Virus record (IMG/VR): IMGVR_UViG_3300020045_009164
Span: 10,753-74,752 of that record
Length of the DNA: 64,000 nt
Reading direction: 5' to 3' (one strand)
Origin: a virus
Taxonomy: Duplodnaviria > Caudoviricetes
Shown here: positions 35,120-45,811 of the stretch, in pieces
Layout of the letters: each line of letters opens with the position of its first letter
Position numbering within the stretch: position 1 is the stretch's first letter
Program-made: the position numbers and the translations under genes
Notes under the pieces: generated by a model
The model's database searches: none
What the model saw: the letters and a program-made list of their open reading frames with translations, nothing else
Told to the model about the DNA's origin: nothing

Positions 35120-35773
35120 TTATTTAGTGGACTCTGTCCTGCTTCCAAGAGAGTCTCTCTCATAATGCATGTCTATGAAAGTGGCGTTGATGTTACCAGC
35201 CACGGCGTCAGTACGTGTCAGCTTAACTTGAATAACAGAAGACAAAGATAAGCCTGTAGTATCTATAGATCCAAGGTTGGTAATTTGGTTGATAGTTCCA
35301 CTGGTGTAAGGGAAGGCGTTAGTGGTTTCTCCAGAATTAACCACAACATTAGAAGACCAAGCTGTTGCCTTAGCCCCTCCACAACTCTGCTTTCTGTACT
35401 TCCAGGTAAACTGCCTAGCTGTTGAATCTTTTTGCTCCCAATGGATATGGAACTTCAGCATGGAGTCAACCTTCGTAGCGTGTCTCAACTGGTAGACCTG
35501 TGTAACAAGATCTGAGTTGTTGGCTATGTTACCGTTAGGAGCTAGAGTTACACACAACTCACCCCAATCATAGTCTGCTGTACCAGGGGTTGAGAACAGG
35601 TTGTCACCATTTAAGGGTTCAGATATATCCTCCCAGACTGTTGCTGTACCACCAAGGTTTAAGAAGCCATCTTCACCTATAGATAGGTTAGAAGAGGCTG
35701 CTCCAACACTGAATTTCTCCGCTGAGGAATCGTAAAGGATAGCTTTTAACTTTCCTGGCCAAGTAAATATCAT
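35120..35773 (-). CDS. Virion structural protein (tail-associated)
   Basis: TVWED...QL.H..K......HIHW family; shares N-terminal motif with 34589..35095. Confidence 0.6.
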   Translation of the reverse strand: MIFTWPGKLKAILYDSSAEKFSVGAASSNLSIGEDGFLNLGGTATVWEDISEPLNGDNLFSTPGTADYDWGELCVTLAPNGNIANNSDLVTQVYQLRHATKVDSMLKFHIHWEQKDSTARQFTWKYRKQSCGGAKATAWSSNVVVNSGETTNAFPYTSGTINQITNLGSIDTTGLSLSSVIQVKLTRTDAVAGNINATFIDMHYERDSLGSRTESTK

Positions 35774-36174
35774 GGAAACTCCCGCCTCATAATTCTGTCA
35801 TATTCACTCTGAGAGATCAGGCCAATTGCAAGCAGATAACCCATACCCTGCTTCGGCCCGCCAACTGCGTCGTCAAAGTCAATCACATCGGCTGAGTTGA
35901 GTAGGTCCAAGAAATCGAATATTATTGGGTCAGTGCCTGCCGCTGCCCTGATTGCCAGCCGCAACTCTGTGCCTATGAGTCGCTTGAATGCGTAGGGGGA
36001 TAGTTGTGCTGGGCCAACAGGGGCGGGTGGAACGTATTCGGGAAATTCCAAATCTCCTGAATAATCAGCGACGATAAACTCTCCAATTATATCTGTATTT
36101 GCAAATAGCGAAATATCGTCAGGGTAGACGATCAGGCTCTCGTTTTTCACGAGTGGGAAATATATTCTTTTCAT
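35770..36174 (-). CDS. Tail fibre assembly/chaperone-like protein
   Basis: LS..AF..L....E..AI.AAA.TDP.I.DFL.LL..A..ID motif. Confidence 0.55.
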   Translation of the reverse strand: MKRIYFPLVKNESLIVYPDDISLFANTDIIGEFIVADYSGDLEFPEYVPPAPVGPAQLSPYAFKRLIGTELRLAIRAAAGTDPIIFDFLDLLNSADVIDFDDAVGGPKQGMGYLLAIGLISQSEYDRIMRREFP

Positions 36175-36178
36175 CTCA

Positions 36179-37021
36179 TCAGCTCCCTACGTGTTTGAAT
36201 GTTGATGGTAGGCCAAGGCTGACCATGAATTCGTTTATTCCTCGGTAAAAATCTGCTACCGGGAAATAACATAATGTTGACCTGTCTCCGAAATAACCAC
36301 TTGAAAGCTGACTTGCATAAACATAACTTCCGAATCTGACAAAACCTTGGTTGCTACCGTAGTTCGTAGACGCATATGGGTTAAACATTCGGAAAACTAC
36401 ACCGTTAGCCGAAGATAACCCAGACCCGATAAACATATTGTGATGGGTCATATTGTCAGTAGTTGACCTGCTCATCCTGGCCATCAAAAACTCAGATTCG
36501 CCCATATCGGCAAGCGATGAGTAAACTCCTGTTGTGATATCAACAGAGAGTTTTTTGTTGTATCCGTATATTGTGAGAGTGTTGCCGCTTAGAGTTTGCC
36601 ACCCAAAATCTGAAAGATAAAAAACTATATCAGCAGACAATTGCTGTGCTGCTGCTGGCGTAGTCCCAGCGCCCGTAGCTATATTGATGCTGATAAACCT
36701 GATGGTGTCTGGAGTTGTGCTGGTTTCCACTGCCGTGACGTACAGTTTCCCCGCCGCTTTGTCGTAGTAAAACGCCCCTGGAGCCAGATAATCAGAAAGG
36801 GCTAAACCAGTGGTTATGGCATATGTCCACTGCACTACGGCTGCTGAATTATATCTGACAATAGTTGTCGCGTTTATCATTTGGATATACGAGCTGTCCC
36901 CTAATTCCAAATCAAACCCCGAAAAACATGGTTGTGACGGCTCTTTAAACCTGACGTTCTGGAATTGCAGGCATGGTATCCCAGAGTATTTTTTTGTTGG
37001 CGCTGTCGCTATCCTCCCCAT
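36179..37021 (-). CDS. Putative receptor-binding protein
   Basis: Beta-rich, aromatic; tail-tip position; atypical composition. Confidence 0.5.
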   Translation of the reverse strand: MGRIATAPTKKYSGIPCLQFQNVRFKEPSQPCFSGFDLELGDSSYIQMINATTIVRYNSAAVVQWTYAITTGLALSDYLAPGAFYYDKAAGKLYVTAVETSTTPDTIRFISINIATGAGTTPAAAQQLSADIVFYLSDFGWQTLSGNTLTIYGYNKKLSVDITTGVYSSLADMGESEFLMARMSRSTTDNMTHHNMFIGSGLSSANGVVFRMFNPYASTNYGSNQGFVRFGSYVYASQLSSGYFGDRSTLCYFPVADFYRGINEFMVSLGLPSTFKHVGS

Positions 37022-37323
37022 CAGATCACCTCCTCGACACCAGCCAGAGTATAGTCAATATCAACATCAGACTGGACCTTCAGGATAGCGTCAGCGGGCA
37101 GCATCTCTTTTGTCCTGATAAACGGTGCGCCGTAAGTTATGACTAATCCGTGCTCTAAAAATGAGGTCATAGCCCCATTGACCACAGAGATATTTACCGT
37201 TGCTTCACCGGCTGATGTTTTGCACAGGTTTAGATCCACGATAGCATTTTTGCCAGTTGATATAGTCCTGACTGTGGTGAGTACGCCAGCTGCGGCAGTA
37301 CCGTTATTGAAAACAAAGCTCAT
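37021..37323 (-). CDS. Tail-tip associated protein
   Basis: Beta-sandwich-like pattern; tail module. Confidence 0.55.
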   Translation of the reverse strand: MSFVFNNGTAAAGVLTTVRTISTGKNAIVDLNLCKTSAGEATVNISVVNGAMTSFLEHGLVITYGAPFIRTKEMLPADAILKVQSDVDIDYTLAGVEEVI

Positions 37324-37757
37324 TATCTCCCCCCTTGGAAAAACGAATTAAATGACATGAATTTTAATTGTGATGTGAGTTTTACCCAGTTTCCGGTTAT
37401 GGATGTCACTGGGTTATCGTCCAGCACCCCAGTTCCCACGCATCTGTAGGTATTACCGTCAGTGCAGACTACAGCGTCAGGGAAATCATAAGTTGTGGCA
37501 CCGCTATAGACTGCAACATTGGCGGCGGCTATTGCAGCTGTGCTGGCAGAAGCAGCTTCAGCAGCCGCCACCACTGCACCTGTAGCCAGTGACTGCATAG
37601 TCAATAGCGTGGAGTTTATCTGAGATATAACTGTGTTAACTTCACTTTGTAAAACCACCATAGCAGCCAGGAACAAGTCACTCTCTGTTGAGAAAGTACT
37701 TGGCCTAGTCCTGTTAGGGGACGGTGGCATAGTGGTTAGAATTTGTGTGATCGCCAT
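37323..37757 (-). CDS. Tail fibre proximal/adaptor protein
   Basis: PPSP.R..P.TF...D.FL motif, Ala-rich helix, CBM-like C-terminus. Confidence 0.55.
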   Translation of the reverse strand: MAITQILTTMPPSPNRTRPSTFSTESDLFLAAMVVLQSEVNTVISQINSTLLTMQSLATGAVVAAAEAASASTAAIAAANVAVYSGATTYDFPDAVVCTDGNTYRCVGTGVLDDNPVTSITGNWVKLTSQLKFMSFNSFFQGGR

Positions 37758-37787
37758 AAGTGTATTAATCTCCTTATACTAATCGGT

Positions 37788-38693
37788 TTATGTTAACCCT
37801 TCCACTTCAATACTACAAGAACTTTCTTGGGCGTAGGGTATCACCACTGAAAAACTCTTGTAAAACCCATAGATAACTAAAGGAGAGGAGAGGTATTGAG
37901 CGTCGGTTGGTATCCAAATAACAGCTGTATCCGTGTAGCCTATGAGAGTGTTTAAGACGAATTCCATCTGGCTGTTGTCTAGTACTATATCAAAGTCTCC
38001 TCTCTTAGCAAAAGCTCTTGGGAGTATGGTGAAGTTACCAAAATCATCAACTGTTTTAACAGAGTAACTGGTTATTCCAACACTTGCTCCAAACTGAGTA
38101 CAGCCCAAAAAGGCCGTTGTACCGATAACCATCTCGCCGCACTTAGCAGTCTCACCTGTAAAATCCACAGTGACATCAACAGTAGCGCCACTGTACGGGG
38201 GTATGTATGTTATTAGGTTCTTAGTATAAAGAAATGGCTCAAAGAAGTAGGAGAAGGCGTCTACAACATTACTGGTACTGATCAGGTCTATAGTATTGTT
38301 GTAAACCTCCCCATCAGCTGGGTCTGTAACTACTATGGTTACAGAGGCAGCATCTATGTTCATCAAGGACAAGGTCGTAGCCCCGCTGGACAACAGAGAT
38401 ACTTCAATGGTGTCAGCGTTGGAAGTCTGTACCCCAACCACACCATCAAACATTTTGTGAGCATTAGTAGCTCCAATGTCCAACCAGTAAGGAGTAGCTC
38501 CGGTAAGATAATCAGGAGGGTACTTACCAGAGGCGGATATCAAAGCCTCATAGATCCTGTGGGTGGCTACGACAATTACTTTATCACCAATACTGTAAGT
38601 TGTACCGATCACCCAAGCTGCGTGATCGGTTTCAGCCACGTTAGTACTAAGTAAGACGGAGTCTGTTACTACTATAGGTCTAACTATTTTCAT
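37788..38693 (-). CDS. Minor tail (distal tail-like) protein with CBM5/12-like motif
   Basis: Immediately after TMP; AWVIGTTYSIGDKV...IYE...PYWLDIG. Confidence 0.6.
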   Translation of the reverse strand: MKIVRPIVVTDSVLLSTNVAETDHAAWVIGTTYSIGDKVIVVATHRIYEALISASGKYPPDYLTGATPYWLDIGATNAHKMFDGVVGVQTSNADTIEVSLLSSGATTLSLMNIDAASVTIVVTDPADGEVYNNTIDLISTSNVVDAFSYFFEPFLYTKNLITYIPPYSGATVDVTVDFTGETAKCGEMVIGTTAFLGCTQFGASVGITSYSVKTVDDFGNFTILPRAFAKRGDFDIVLDNSQMEFVLNTLIGYTDTAVIWIPTDAQYLSSPLVIYGFYKSFSVVIPYAQESSCSIEVEGLT

Positions 38694-41600
38694 ATGGTCC
38701 TCGTATCAGGCATACCGTTGCCGTCCCAGTCTTTCAGTTTAGTAGCTGTAGCAGCCGTATTTTTGGCTATGGCAAAGGCATTAGCCTTCGCCTCAGCTCT
38801 CATCGCCCGGACCTCTTGAATCAATTCCTTCATACTAAAGCCAACCTCCTCCATAACATCCTTAGTGGATACATTGACCATCTCACCAGCAGTGAGTCTA
38901 AGTCCTGGGAACTCCAGGTTATCATCACCAGCTGGGCCTGAGGCAACGAAATTACCACCTGTGGCAAAGCCGTTTATTACTGGATCTACAGATATTGACG
39001 GCCTGTCTTGCACAGGGTCAGTGACAAGAAGTATTTCAGCACTTTCTTCAGCGGCCCTGGCAGCAGCGGCATTTGCTGCTTGTAAAGCTGTCAGGTATCC
39101 TCTAGTCAAAGCTACTTGCTCAAGCAAGAGATCCCGCTGCTCTTCGAACAAGGTGTTAGCGGCTAGTGCTACTTCCTGCTGTGCCTCGAATTGCTTCTGA
39201 GCTTCTTCAAGTGACAGTTCAGCTACCTCTTCAACTCCTAAGATAGCATTGAGCTGGTCGTCGTAAGCCTCAAGATAGGCTTCGTATCTCTCTTCTTCAG
39301 CTAATACGTCAGCGTCATACTGAGTCTCAGCCTGAGCTATCTGGGCCTCAAGGCTGGCCACCATTTGTTCATCAAGGGTAAGCTGTGTTTCAGCTGCTCC
39401 TTTAAGATCATCCAACATGATTGAAGTCCTAAGGAAAGACCTCTGGTAGTCTACAGCTGTGGCATACTTATCTTTGTTAAAGTCTGTAGCAGATGAGACT
39501 GTCTCATCAAGCCCCTCAGATATGTCACCAGTCTGTGACCTTCTTAGTAAATCAGCTTGAGCATTGGCGAAAGATAGATCAGCCAGTAGCTCATCAGCAA
39601 ACATCTTCTCTATGGCTGATGTCACAGAGGAGAGAGCGTCTTCAGTGTTGGCCAGAGAGTCACTAGCCTCATCTAAAGAGGTATTTAAGGATTCCATTAA
39701 GGAGTCGAAGGCATCCTCAAGGGCCTGGACATTACTTTCGTAATCCAAACTAGCAGCTTCTTTGAGTACATCAAAAGCTCCAGAAAGAGCTGTTTGAGCC
39801 TCGTCAGCTTTCTTCTCCAGCTCATTAATATCGAGTTGCCACAGCTCCAGGGCCGCTTGTGTTCTTAGAGCGCTGAGTTCAGCTTCACTGGCCTCAAGCT
39901 CAATAGCCGCTGCTACACTTTCTTCCAGCGCTTTGTTGACTGCCTGAACACTCTGCTCGTAGTCTGTGAGGTCCATACTATCGATGGTGGCCATCACTGA
40001 TTCAAGCATGTTAGACAGACCGTCCAGCCTATCTAATTCATACTCAGCTCTAAGATCCTTGATCTCCATAACCCTGGCTGCTTCAATGAGAGCTAGGTCT
40101 TCTTCAGTGGCAGAAAGTTCTTTGAGGTTCTCTATAGCTTTGTCATAAGACTCATTGAGGTCTTTCAGAGCTATATCCAAATCGCTCATGTTAGCTGTGT
40201 CGAACATCTCCTTACTGTCTTCCAGTATGGCATCAATGTCTTCTCTATTGGCATCATACAGATCTTGGAGTGCAATTGCTCTAGCGGCCTCCAGAACAGC
40301 TAGGTCAGCCTCAGTAGCTGAGAGTTCAACCAGCTCCTCATTAGTGTCATCAAAGGATTTGTTGAGGTCCCTAAGCGCCATGTCCAGATCACTAACAGTC
40401 TCTGAGTCTATGAGTTCTTTGCTGCTCTCAAGAATGTTGTCAATGTCCTCTCTGTTAGCGTCATACAAGTCTTGGATGGCTATGGCTCTCGCTGCCTCAA
40501 CCACAGCTAAGTCCTCTTGAGAGGCTACTAGATCGTTCATCTCCTCAATAGTTTCGTCGTAGGACTTGTTGAGGTCTTGGAGAGAAAGATCCAAATCACT
40601 AATGGTTTGCTCGTCAACGAGGCGCTGACTGTCTTCTTTTAAGCTATCAATTTCTTCACGATTGGCATCTATGAGTTCTTGTATAGCAAGTTCCTCAGCA
40701 GCGCGAATTATGGCTAGGTCTTCTTCAGCACCTGCCACACCCTTGAGCATAGCAATCTGTTCGGCGTAAGACTCTTTAGTCTCAGTGAGTTCTCTGATGT
40801 AGTCAGAAACTCCACTGAACCTAAGCATATCAGCAGCATCTTCCACAGCCGACAGAGCGTCTTCAATACCTGATGTAGAGACGTAAGCTGCTGACAAACT
40901 GGTTATGGCATCTATCGCTTCTTGGGTGGCTGTTGACCCTCCTCCAGCAAAGTCTTTATTAATCCTCCCCAGCAGAGCCGCGTATTTTTTAGCAGATTTC
41001 TTATTTACGACAAACTCCCCTCCCATCCCGTAATGGTCAGTATTACCAGCAGAGCCAAGATAAACGTCGTCTTCATAACCAGATCCTTGTTTGATCCACC
41101 CACCCTGTGTGTTCTTACCTAACCAACCACCTGCGGCATGACCCCATTTGTCGTTGTAAGTGTCATCCCAAACAAGTGTTGATGGGTCTTTTTCAAACCA
41201 GTTACCGCCCTCATCTGCGTCATAGGCGTCTTCAGACCACCCGTAGGCCCCTGCCATAATTGTGGTTGTGTCGTAGACTATATCTTCAGCAGCAGAAGTA
41301 GCAAAATCAGCGAAGTCAGTAGTACCTGTCTTCATCATCTCAAAGGCTATGGCTACTTCGTCAGCAGCGGATGGGAATCCTGCTAGTTCAGCTGCGTACT
41401 CAGCTGCTGCCTCAGCTGCTGCCCTGGTGGTTGGGTTAAGCTCCTCCATGGTGGCCATCATATCCTCCCAAACTTTACGGGAGTCAACCCAAGCCTTGGT
41501 TGATTGGTCGTATATCTGCATATTCCAATCCATACTATCGACCACTCCAGTGCCACCATTAACTACGGCCTCAGCAGCTATCATAATCCCATCAGCAGTG

Positions 41601-44600
41601 CTCAGTGATATAGCCTCAAAATTTGAAAGTTGGTTGTTTAACGCCTGTAGATTTTCCTCTGCTTGATCAGACAAGTTTGCTGTGTCAACTAAGCCACCAT
41701 CTTGGTTGATACCGGACGCCAGAGAGATGTGACCCATCTTTATGCCACTATCGTTTAGCTGCTTGTATAGTTCCTTTGTTGCTCCTCCAAAAGTATTTCC
41801 CAAGGTCCACAGCATACCTGCGGCAGTTACAGCTGTGCCTAGTCCTTCAACCAGCGTAGCTAGAGCAGACCCAGCCCCGATTTCTATTCCAAGTTCTGCG
41901 GCTACTGGAGTTACAACATTTTCCATTATGTATTCACCTAGTGGCTTGATAATGTTATCTTTCACTAGATCTTTTACAAAACTCTTGGTCAAACCAGCCA
42001 ACAAATCCACAGCTATGTTACTACTTCCATCGCCGCTTCCTGTAGAACCACCAGAGGCGAAGTTCTGTACCCCTCCAGTTCTCATGGCTTCAAGGAGGTC
42101 GTAGTATTTAGCCGTCTGTTCTGGAGGCATGATAAACTCACCACCCATAGCCATTACTCTCTTGCCTTCTACTGTGCCGAGATACAGATCGTCTTTGGTT
42201 CCTGACCCACCTTGGATAAGTCCATAAGCTCCTCGTTTACCTTTGCCTCCGGTAGTCCCACCATCTGCGAAAACATCTGTGTAATCTCCAGTATCGCCCC
42301 AATCAATATCAGTCCAGTCACCAGTGTCCCAGTTCCAGCCGTTGTCGCTATCATCCCACCAGTCATCACTGCTGCTATCTCCACTGTTGAAGAAGCCATC
42401 ATACCAGCTACTTCCACCACTACCGCTACCACTACCACCGACTACATCACCCACCATTCCAGCTATGTTAGCCAACCCCCACTGGACAATCATCTGAGCT
42501 ATCATATCAATGAACTTCTTGAGCATTGCGTCACACAGACTTTCCCAGGCGTCGTCGATCTTATCCCACACTGTTTCTGTCTGGTCAGCGTACTCATTGT
42601 TGAGCTTATCCAGATCATCAAGAGTCTGCTCATACAGCTTGGCGTATTCTTCAGGAGACATTTCCTCTTTGGCTTTATCAAGGTAGGTGTCAAGGTTAGA
42701 CATGTAGTCCTGGAAAGCCTCTTCATTACCAGACATGGCGTCTTTCAGAGTGGAGTCGTATTCATTACGGAGGTACTCCAGCTGCGCCATACCTGATTCA
42801 AGGGCGTCGTATTGGAGTTGGTTTATCTTGTCGTCTATTGAATCCATCTCGTCGTCAAATGGATTTTCAAAATCTCCTTTTACTATGTCAAAGGTTACGT
42901 CTGAGAGGGCATTTGTTAACTCACTCTTGAGAGTTTGGGCCATCTCATAACCTACTTTACCAAAGGTTATCAAGTCCTTAGTAGCAGTTTTGAGTCCAAC
43001 CATGAAGCCGTCAAAGATGTTGTCACCGAGTTTGGCTCTGGCGATTTCAATCATCTCCTCCTTTAAGAGTTTGGCTTTTTCCGTCAATTCCTTTATAACT
43101 TCTGGGCTGTTCTTGCTGTCCCTGATCTTGTCAAAAAGTTTGTCGAATTGATCATTGATGTCAGCTATTTCTTGTTCTAACTCACTCAGCCCACCTATAC
43201 CAGCGTCCCTAGCCATCTCGTCCAGGGCTTCATTGAACTCGTTTACAGCCTCTGTTTTCTTGGCGTCGGCGTCAGTTTTCTTAGCATCTAGATTAAGTAT
43301 CTTCCTCATCATGGCTTCGTAGCTAAGACCAGTCAGAATGTCTGCTTCCAGAGTCTTGCCTAGCTTATTCTCTATCTCAACAATCTCTTTCCTATAGAAA
43401 TCCTTTATCGCAGCAAGTCTAGCATCATAGGTAGCGTCACCAGAATCTTCCAGTTGGTCAAGGAGCCCCTGCTGCTTATTGAGGAAGTAATCGTTTGCTT
43501 CGTCAGTGAGGGTCTGGTTCTTGATGTTGTAGGCTTGAGTACTAGCGGTGAGAGCAGCGTATTTCTCTTCATAAGAACCTTTGGAGTTCTCTATGAACAT
43601 CTTTTCGTCATTGTACTGTTCTAACAAACTCTGCTTCTTATCAGCAGTTGACTTCACCTCAGAATTGGCGATGAAGGTATTGAGTTCATTGGTGAGATTT
43701 ATGAGCTTCTGGTTGCTGTCAGCAGCACTGTCAGCCCGCTTGGTGTAACTGGCACTAACTTTGTCCAACTTAGCAACAAGGCTCTCATCAAGAGACTTCG
43801 ACAGCTTTATAACAGCAGCTTCGTCAAGACCAGCTGCTTTAGCAGCGGCTATCATAGCAGCAGCTTCTATCTCATGTTCTGCTGTGACTTTCTTCAAAGC
43901 CTTCTCATGCTCTGACAGACCTTGTTGCGCAACAAGCAACTGCATTTTATTGTAGTCGGTAAGCTCCTTGCCTTTCAGAGAAGCAGCGTGGTCTTTGACA
44001 GACTTCGTGGCTTTGTCAGCAGCAGTAGCGTAGGCCCCAAAGTTGTCTTTCATTTCGTTGAGTCTGCTATCTTCTATCTCTTTATTCAGTTCAGACAACT
44101 GTTTCTTTATAGCTGTATAGGCAAGTTGGGCGTCTGTTAAAGAGGTGGTGTCCCCGAAATCATCGCTTGGGGCACTTGCCTTTTCCAGGTCAGCTATAGT
44201 GCTAGCCAGTTTAGCAGCCATAGTCTCAAGGGCTTCTGCCTTCTCTTGAACTGTAGCTGCTCTCTTCTCTGACCCTGCAAGACTCAACTCCAGAACCTTT
44301 ACCTCGTCACCCATCGCCTTAGCATATAGCATCTCCCAGCCGTAGCGGGCCTTAATGACCATATCTAGGAAGCCAGCCACCATGTCCATGTTAGCAGCTG
44401 AAATGAGGTCACGCTGGAAAACAGCTAGCATCTCTTCCCACAGTGCTTTAGTCTCGCGGGCTACTTTGGCGGTTACTTCCTGCAAGAAAGTGACACCTTT
44501 GGCAGATTGCTCTACCTTAGCAGTCATATCAGTAAAGCCTGAGCCAAGTTTCTCTATTTCATCTACAAGTACACTGAATCCTTTAATGTTTCTGAGATCA

Positions 44601-45808
44601 GTTAAAGCACCCATAAGCTTGAGCTTGTCTTCTTTACCCAGAGAAGCGAGTATTTGACCAAGCTCAGTCATCTGCTCGTTCATAGACTTTATGGTGCCGT
44701 CAGCTCTAAAGGCGCTGAAAGTGACTCCCAACTCCTTCATGGCATCTCTGGCTGCTTCAGTCGGGCTAGCCAACCTGAGGAAAGTAGTTGTCAGAGCCGT
44801 ACCAGCTTTGCTGCTCTCAATACCTTTGTTGGCTAGAACTGCCAGAGCAGCAGCAACTTCTGAAAGCTCAAATCCTAGTGTTGCCCCCAAAGGCGCGGTG
44901 TAGGACATGGCAGTACCCATTTCATGGATACCAGTAGCAGAGTATGTGGCAGCGTAAGCTATTTTATTGGCTACCTCGGCATATGTTTCACCAAAGGCGT
45001 TAGCCTGGGCTACAACCAACTTGGTTGCTTCTTTCATCTCAATCTCACCAAGTGTAGCAAAGCGAGACATCTCCCCCATGTCTTTCATGGCGGCAGAAGC
45101 AGAAGCACCAGCTTTGACAAACTCCTGCAAGCCAGCTGCTAGCTCTACTGGAGTAGACCTCAAACCTCTTAACTCCAGCAGCTCGTCTCTAATTTCCCCT
45201 GCTGACATTGCTGCTTTACCTTGTTCCTCATCTAGGATCGAGGTCATCTTAGCAGCGTAGCTAAAAGCTGCGCCCTGTTTAACGGCCTCAGCAGCCACCC
45301 CCACAGCAACAAAACCAGCCATCAAGGGGATTATGTTTCCGTAGGTCATCCACAGCTGGCCCATCGCTCCGCTGGCTCCACGAAGGGCGCTGTGGAGATT
45401 CTTGTTAGAGGTAGAGTATGTGTTTGTGGCGGTAGTAGCCTGAGCTGAAGCAGAAGCTTGATTCTTTAGTGCCGTGATTTGAGTATTGAGGGCAGTATTA
45501 GTGCTTACCAGTTGCCCTTGTAAGGATCTGTTAGCGGCAGTGAGGTTGGTAACTTGGCCGGTTAGTGTAGCAAGTTGAGCCTGTGCTGAATTTAAAACAG
45601 TTGTCTGGTGTTGGAGTGCTGAGGTAGTAGTAGCCAGTTGGCCTTGTACAGACTTGTATGCTTTCTCCAGCCCCTGACTTTCAAGATACTGCTTCCCCAA
45701 AGCTTGGGTAAGCGTATCAACTCTGGTGGCCATATTACCAAAAGCTTGCTCCAACTGGGAAATCTTTTGTTGGGAGCTACCTGTGTCAACATTGAGTTCA
45801 ATGGCCAT
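38690..45808 (-). CDS. Tape measure protein (2372 aa)
   Basis: TP901-like TMP core (EVANKIAYAA...LAVLANKGI...AGTAL), Ala/Glu-rich helices, position after TAC. Confidence 0.9.
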   Translation of the reverse strand: MAIELNVDTGSSQQKISQLEQAFGNMATRVDTLTQALGKQYLESQGLEKAYKSVQGQLATTTSALQHQTTVLNSAQAQLATLTGQVTNLTAANRSLQGQLVSTNTALNTQITALKNQASASAQATTATNTYSTSNKNLHSALRGASGAMGQLWMTYGNIIPLMAGFVAVGVAAEAVKQGAAFSYAAKMTSILDEEQGKAAMSAGEIRDELLELRGLRSTPVELAAGLQEFVKAGASASAAMKDMGEMSRFATLGEIEMKEATKLVVAQANAFGETYAEVANKIAYAATYSATGIHEMGTAMSYTAPLGATLGFELSEVAAALAVLANKGIESSKAGTALTTTFLRLASPTEAARDAMKELGVTFSAFRADGTIKSMNEQMTELGQILASLGKEDKLKLMGALTDLRNIKGFSVLVDEIEKLGSGFTDMTAKVEQSAKGVTFLQEVTAKVARETKALWEEMLAVFQRDLISAANMDMVAGFLDMVIKARYGWEMLYAKAMGDEVKVLELSLAGSEKRAATVQEKAEALETMAAKLASTIADLEKASAPSDDFGDTTSLTDAQLAYTAIKKQLSELNKEIEDSRLNEMKDNFGAYATAADKATKSVKDHAASLKGKELTDYNKMQLLVAQQGLSEHEKALKKVTAEHEIEAAAMIAAAKAAGLDEAAVIKLSKSLDESLVAKLDKVSASYTKRADSAADSNQKLINLTNELNTFIANSEVKSTADKKQSLLEQYNDEKMFIENSKGSYEEKYAALTASTQAYNIKNQTLTDEANDYFLNKQQGLLDQLEDSGDATYDARLAAIKDFYRKEIVEIENKLGKTLEADILTGLSYEAMMRKILNLDAKKTDADAKKTEAVNEFNEALDEMARDAGIGGLSELEQEIADINDQFDKLFDKIRDSKNSPEVIKELTEKAKLLKEEMIEIARAKLGDNIFDGFMVGLKTATKDLITFGKVGYEMAQTLKSELTNALSDVTFDIVKGDFENPFDDEMDSIDDKINQLQYDALESGMAQLEYLRNEYDSTLKDAMSGNEEAFQDYMSNLDTYLDKAKEEMSPEEYAKLYEQTLDDLDKLNNEYADQTETVWDKIDDAWESLCDAMLKKFIDMIAQMIVQWGLANIAGMVGDVVGGSGSGSGGSSWYDGFFNSGDSSSDDWWDDSDNGWNWDTGDWTDIDWGDTGDYTDVFADGGTTGGKGKRGAYGLIQGGSGTKDDLYLGTVEGKRVMAMGGEFIMPPEQTAKYYDLLEAMRTGGVQNFASGGSTGSGDGSSNIAVDLLAGLTKSFVKDLVKDNIIKPLGEYIMENVVTPVAAELGIEIGAGSALATLVEGLGTAVTAAGMLWTLGNTFGGATKELYKQLNDSGIKMGHISLASGINQDGGLVDTANLSDQAEENLQALNNQLSNFEAISLSTADGIMIAAEAVVNGGTGVVDSMDWNMQIYDQSTKAWVDSRKVWEDMMATMEELNPTTRAAAEAAAEYAAELAGFPSAADEVAIAFEMMKTGTTDFADFATSAAEDIVYDTTTIMAGAYGWSEDAYDADEGGNWFEKDPSTLVWDDTYNDKWGHAAGGWLGKNTQGGWIKQGSGYEDDVYLGSAGNTDHYGMGGEFVVNKKSAKKYAALLGRINKDFAGGGSTATQEAIDAITSLSAAYVSTSGIEDALSAVEDAADMLRFSGVSDYIRELTETKESYAEQIAMLKGVAGAEEDLAIIRAAEELAIQELIDANREEIDSLKEDSQRLVDEQTISDLDLSLQDLNKSYDETIEEMNDLVASQEDLAVVEAARAIAIQDLYDANREDIDNILESSKELIDSETVSDLDMALRDLNKSFDDTNEELVELSATEADLAVLEAARAIALQDLYDANREDIDAILEDSKEMFDTANMSDLDIALKDLNESYDKAIENLKELSATEEDLALIEAARVMEIKDLRAEYELDRLDGLSNMLESVMATIDSMDLTDYEQSVQAVNKALEESVAAAIELEASEAELSALRTQAALELWQLDINELEKKADEAQTALSGAFDVLKEAASLDYESNVQALEDAFDSLMESLNTSLDEASDSLANTEDALSSVTSAIEKMFADELLADLSFANAQADLLRRSQTGDISEGLDETVSSATDFNKDKYATAVDYQRSFLRTSIMLDDLKGAAETQLTLDEQMVASLEAQIAQAETQYDADVLAEEERYEAYLEAYDDQLNAILGVEEVAELSLEEAQKQFEAQQEVALAANTLFEEQRDLLLEQVALTRGYLTALQAANAAAARAAEESAEILLVTDPVQDRPSISVDPVINGFATGGNFVASGPAGDDNLEFPGLRLTAGEMVNVSTKDVMEEVGFSMKELIQEVRAMRAEAKANAFAIAKNTAATATKLKDWDGNGMPDTRTI

Positions 45809-45811
45809 CTA

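Noticed and set aside
33900-38693. Diversity-generating retroelement at the tail genes
   Set aside because: No reverse transcriptase and no TR/VR repeat pair differing at adenines was seen
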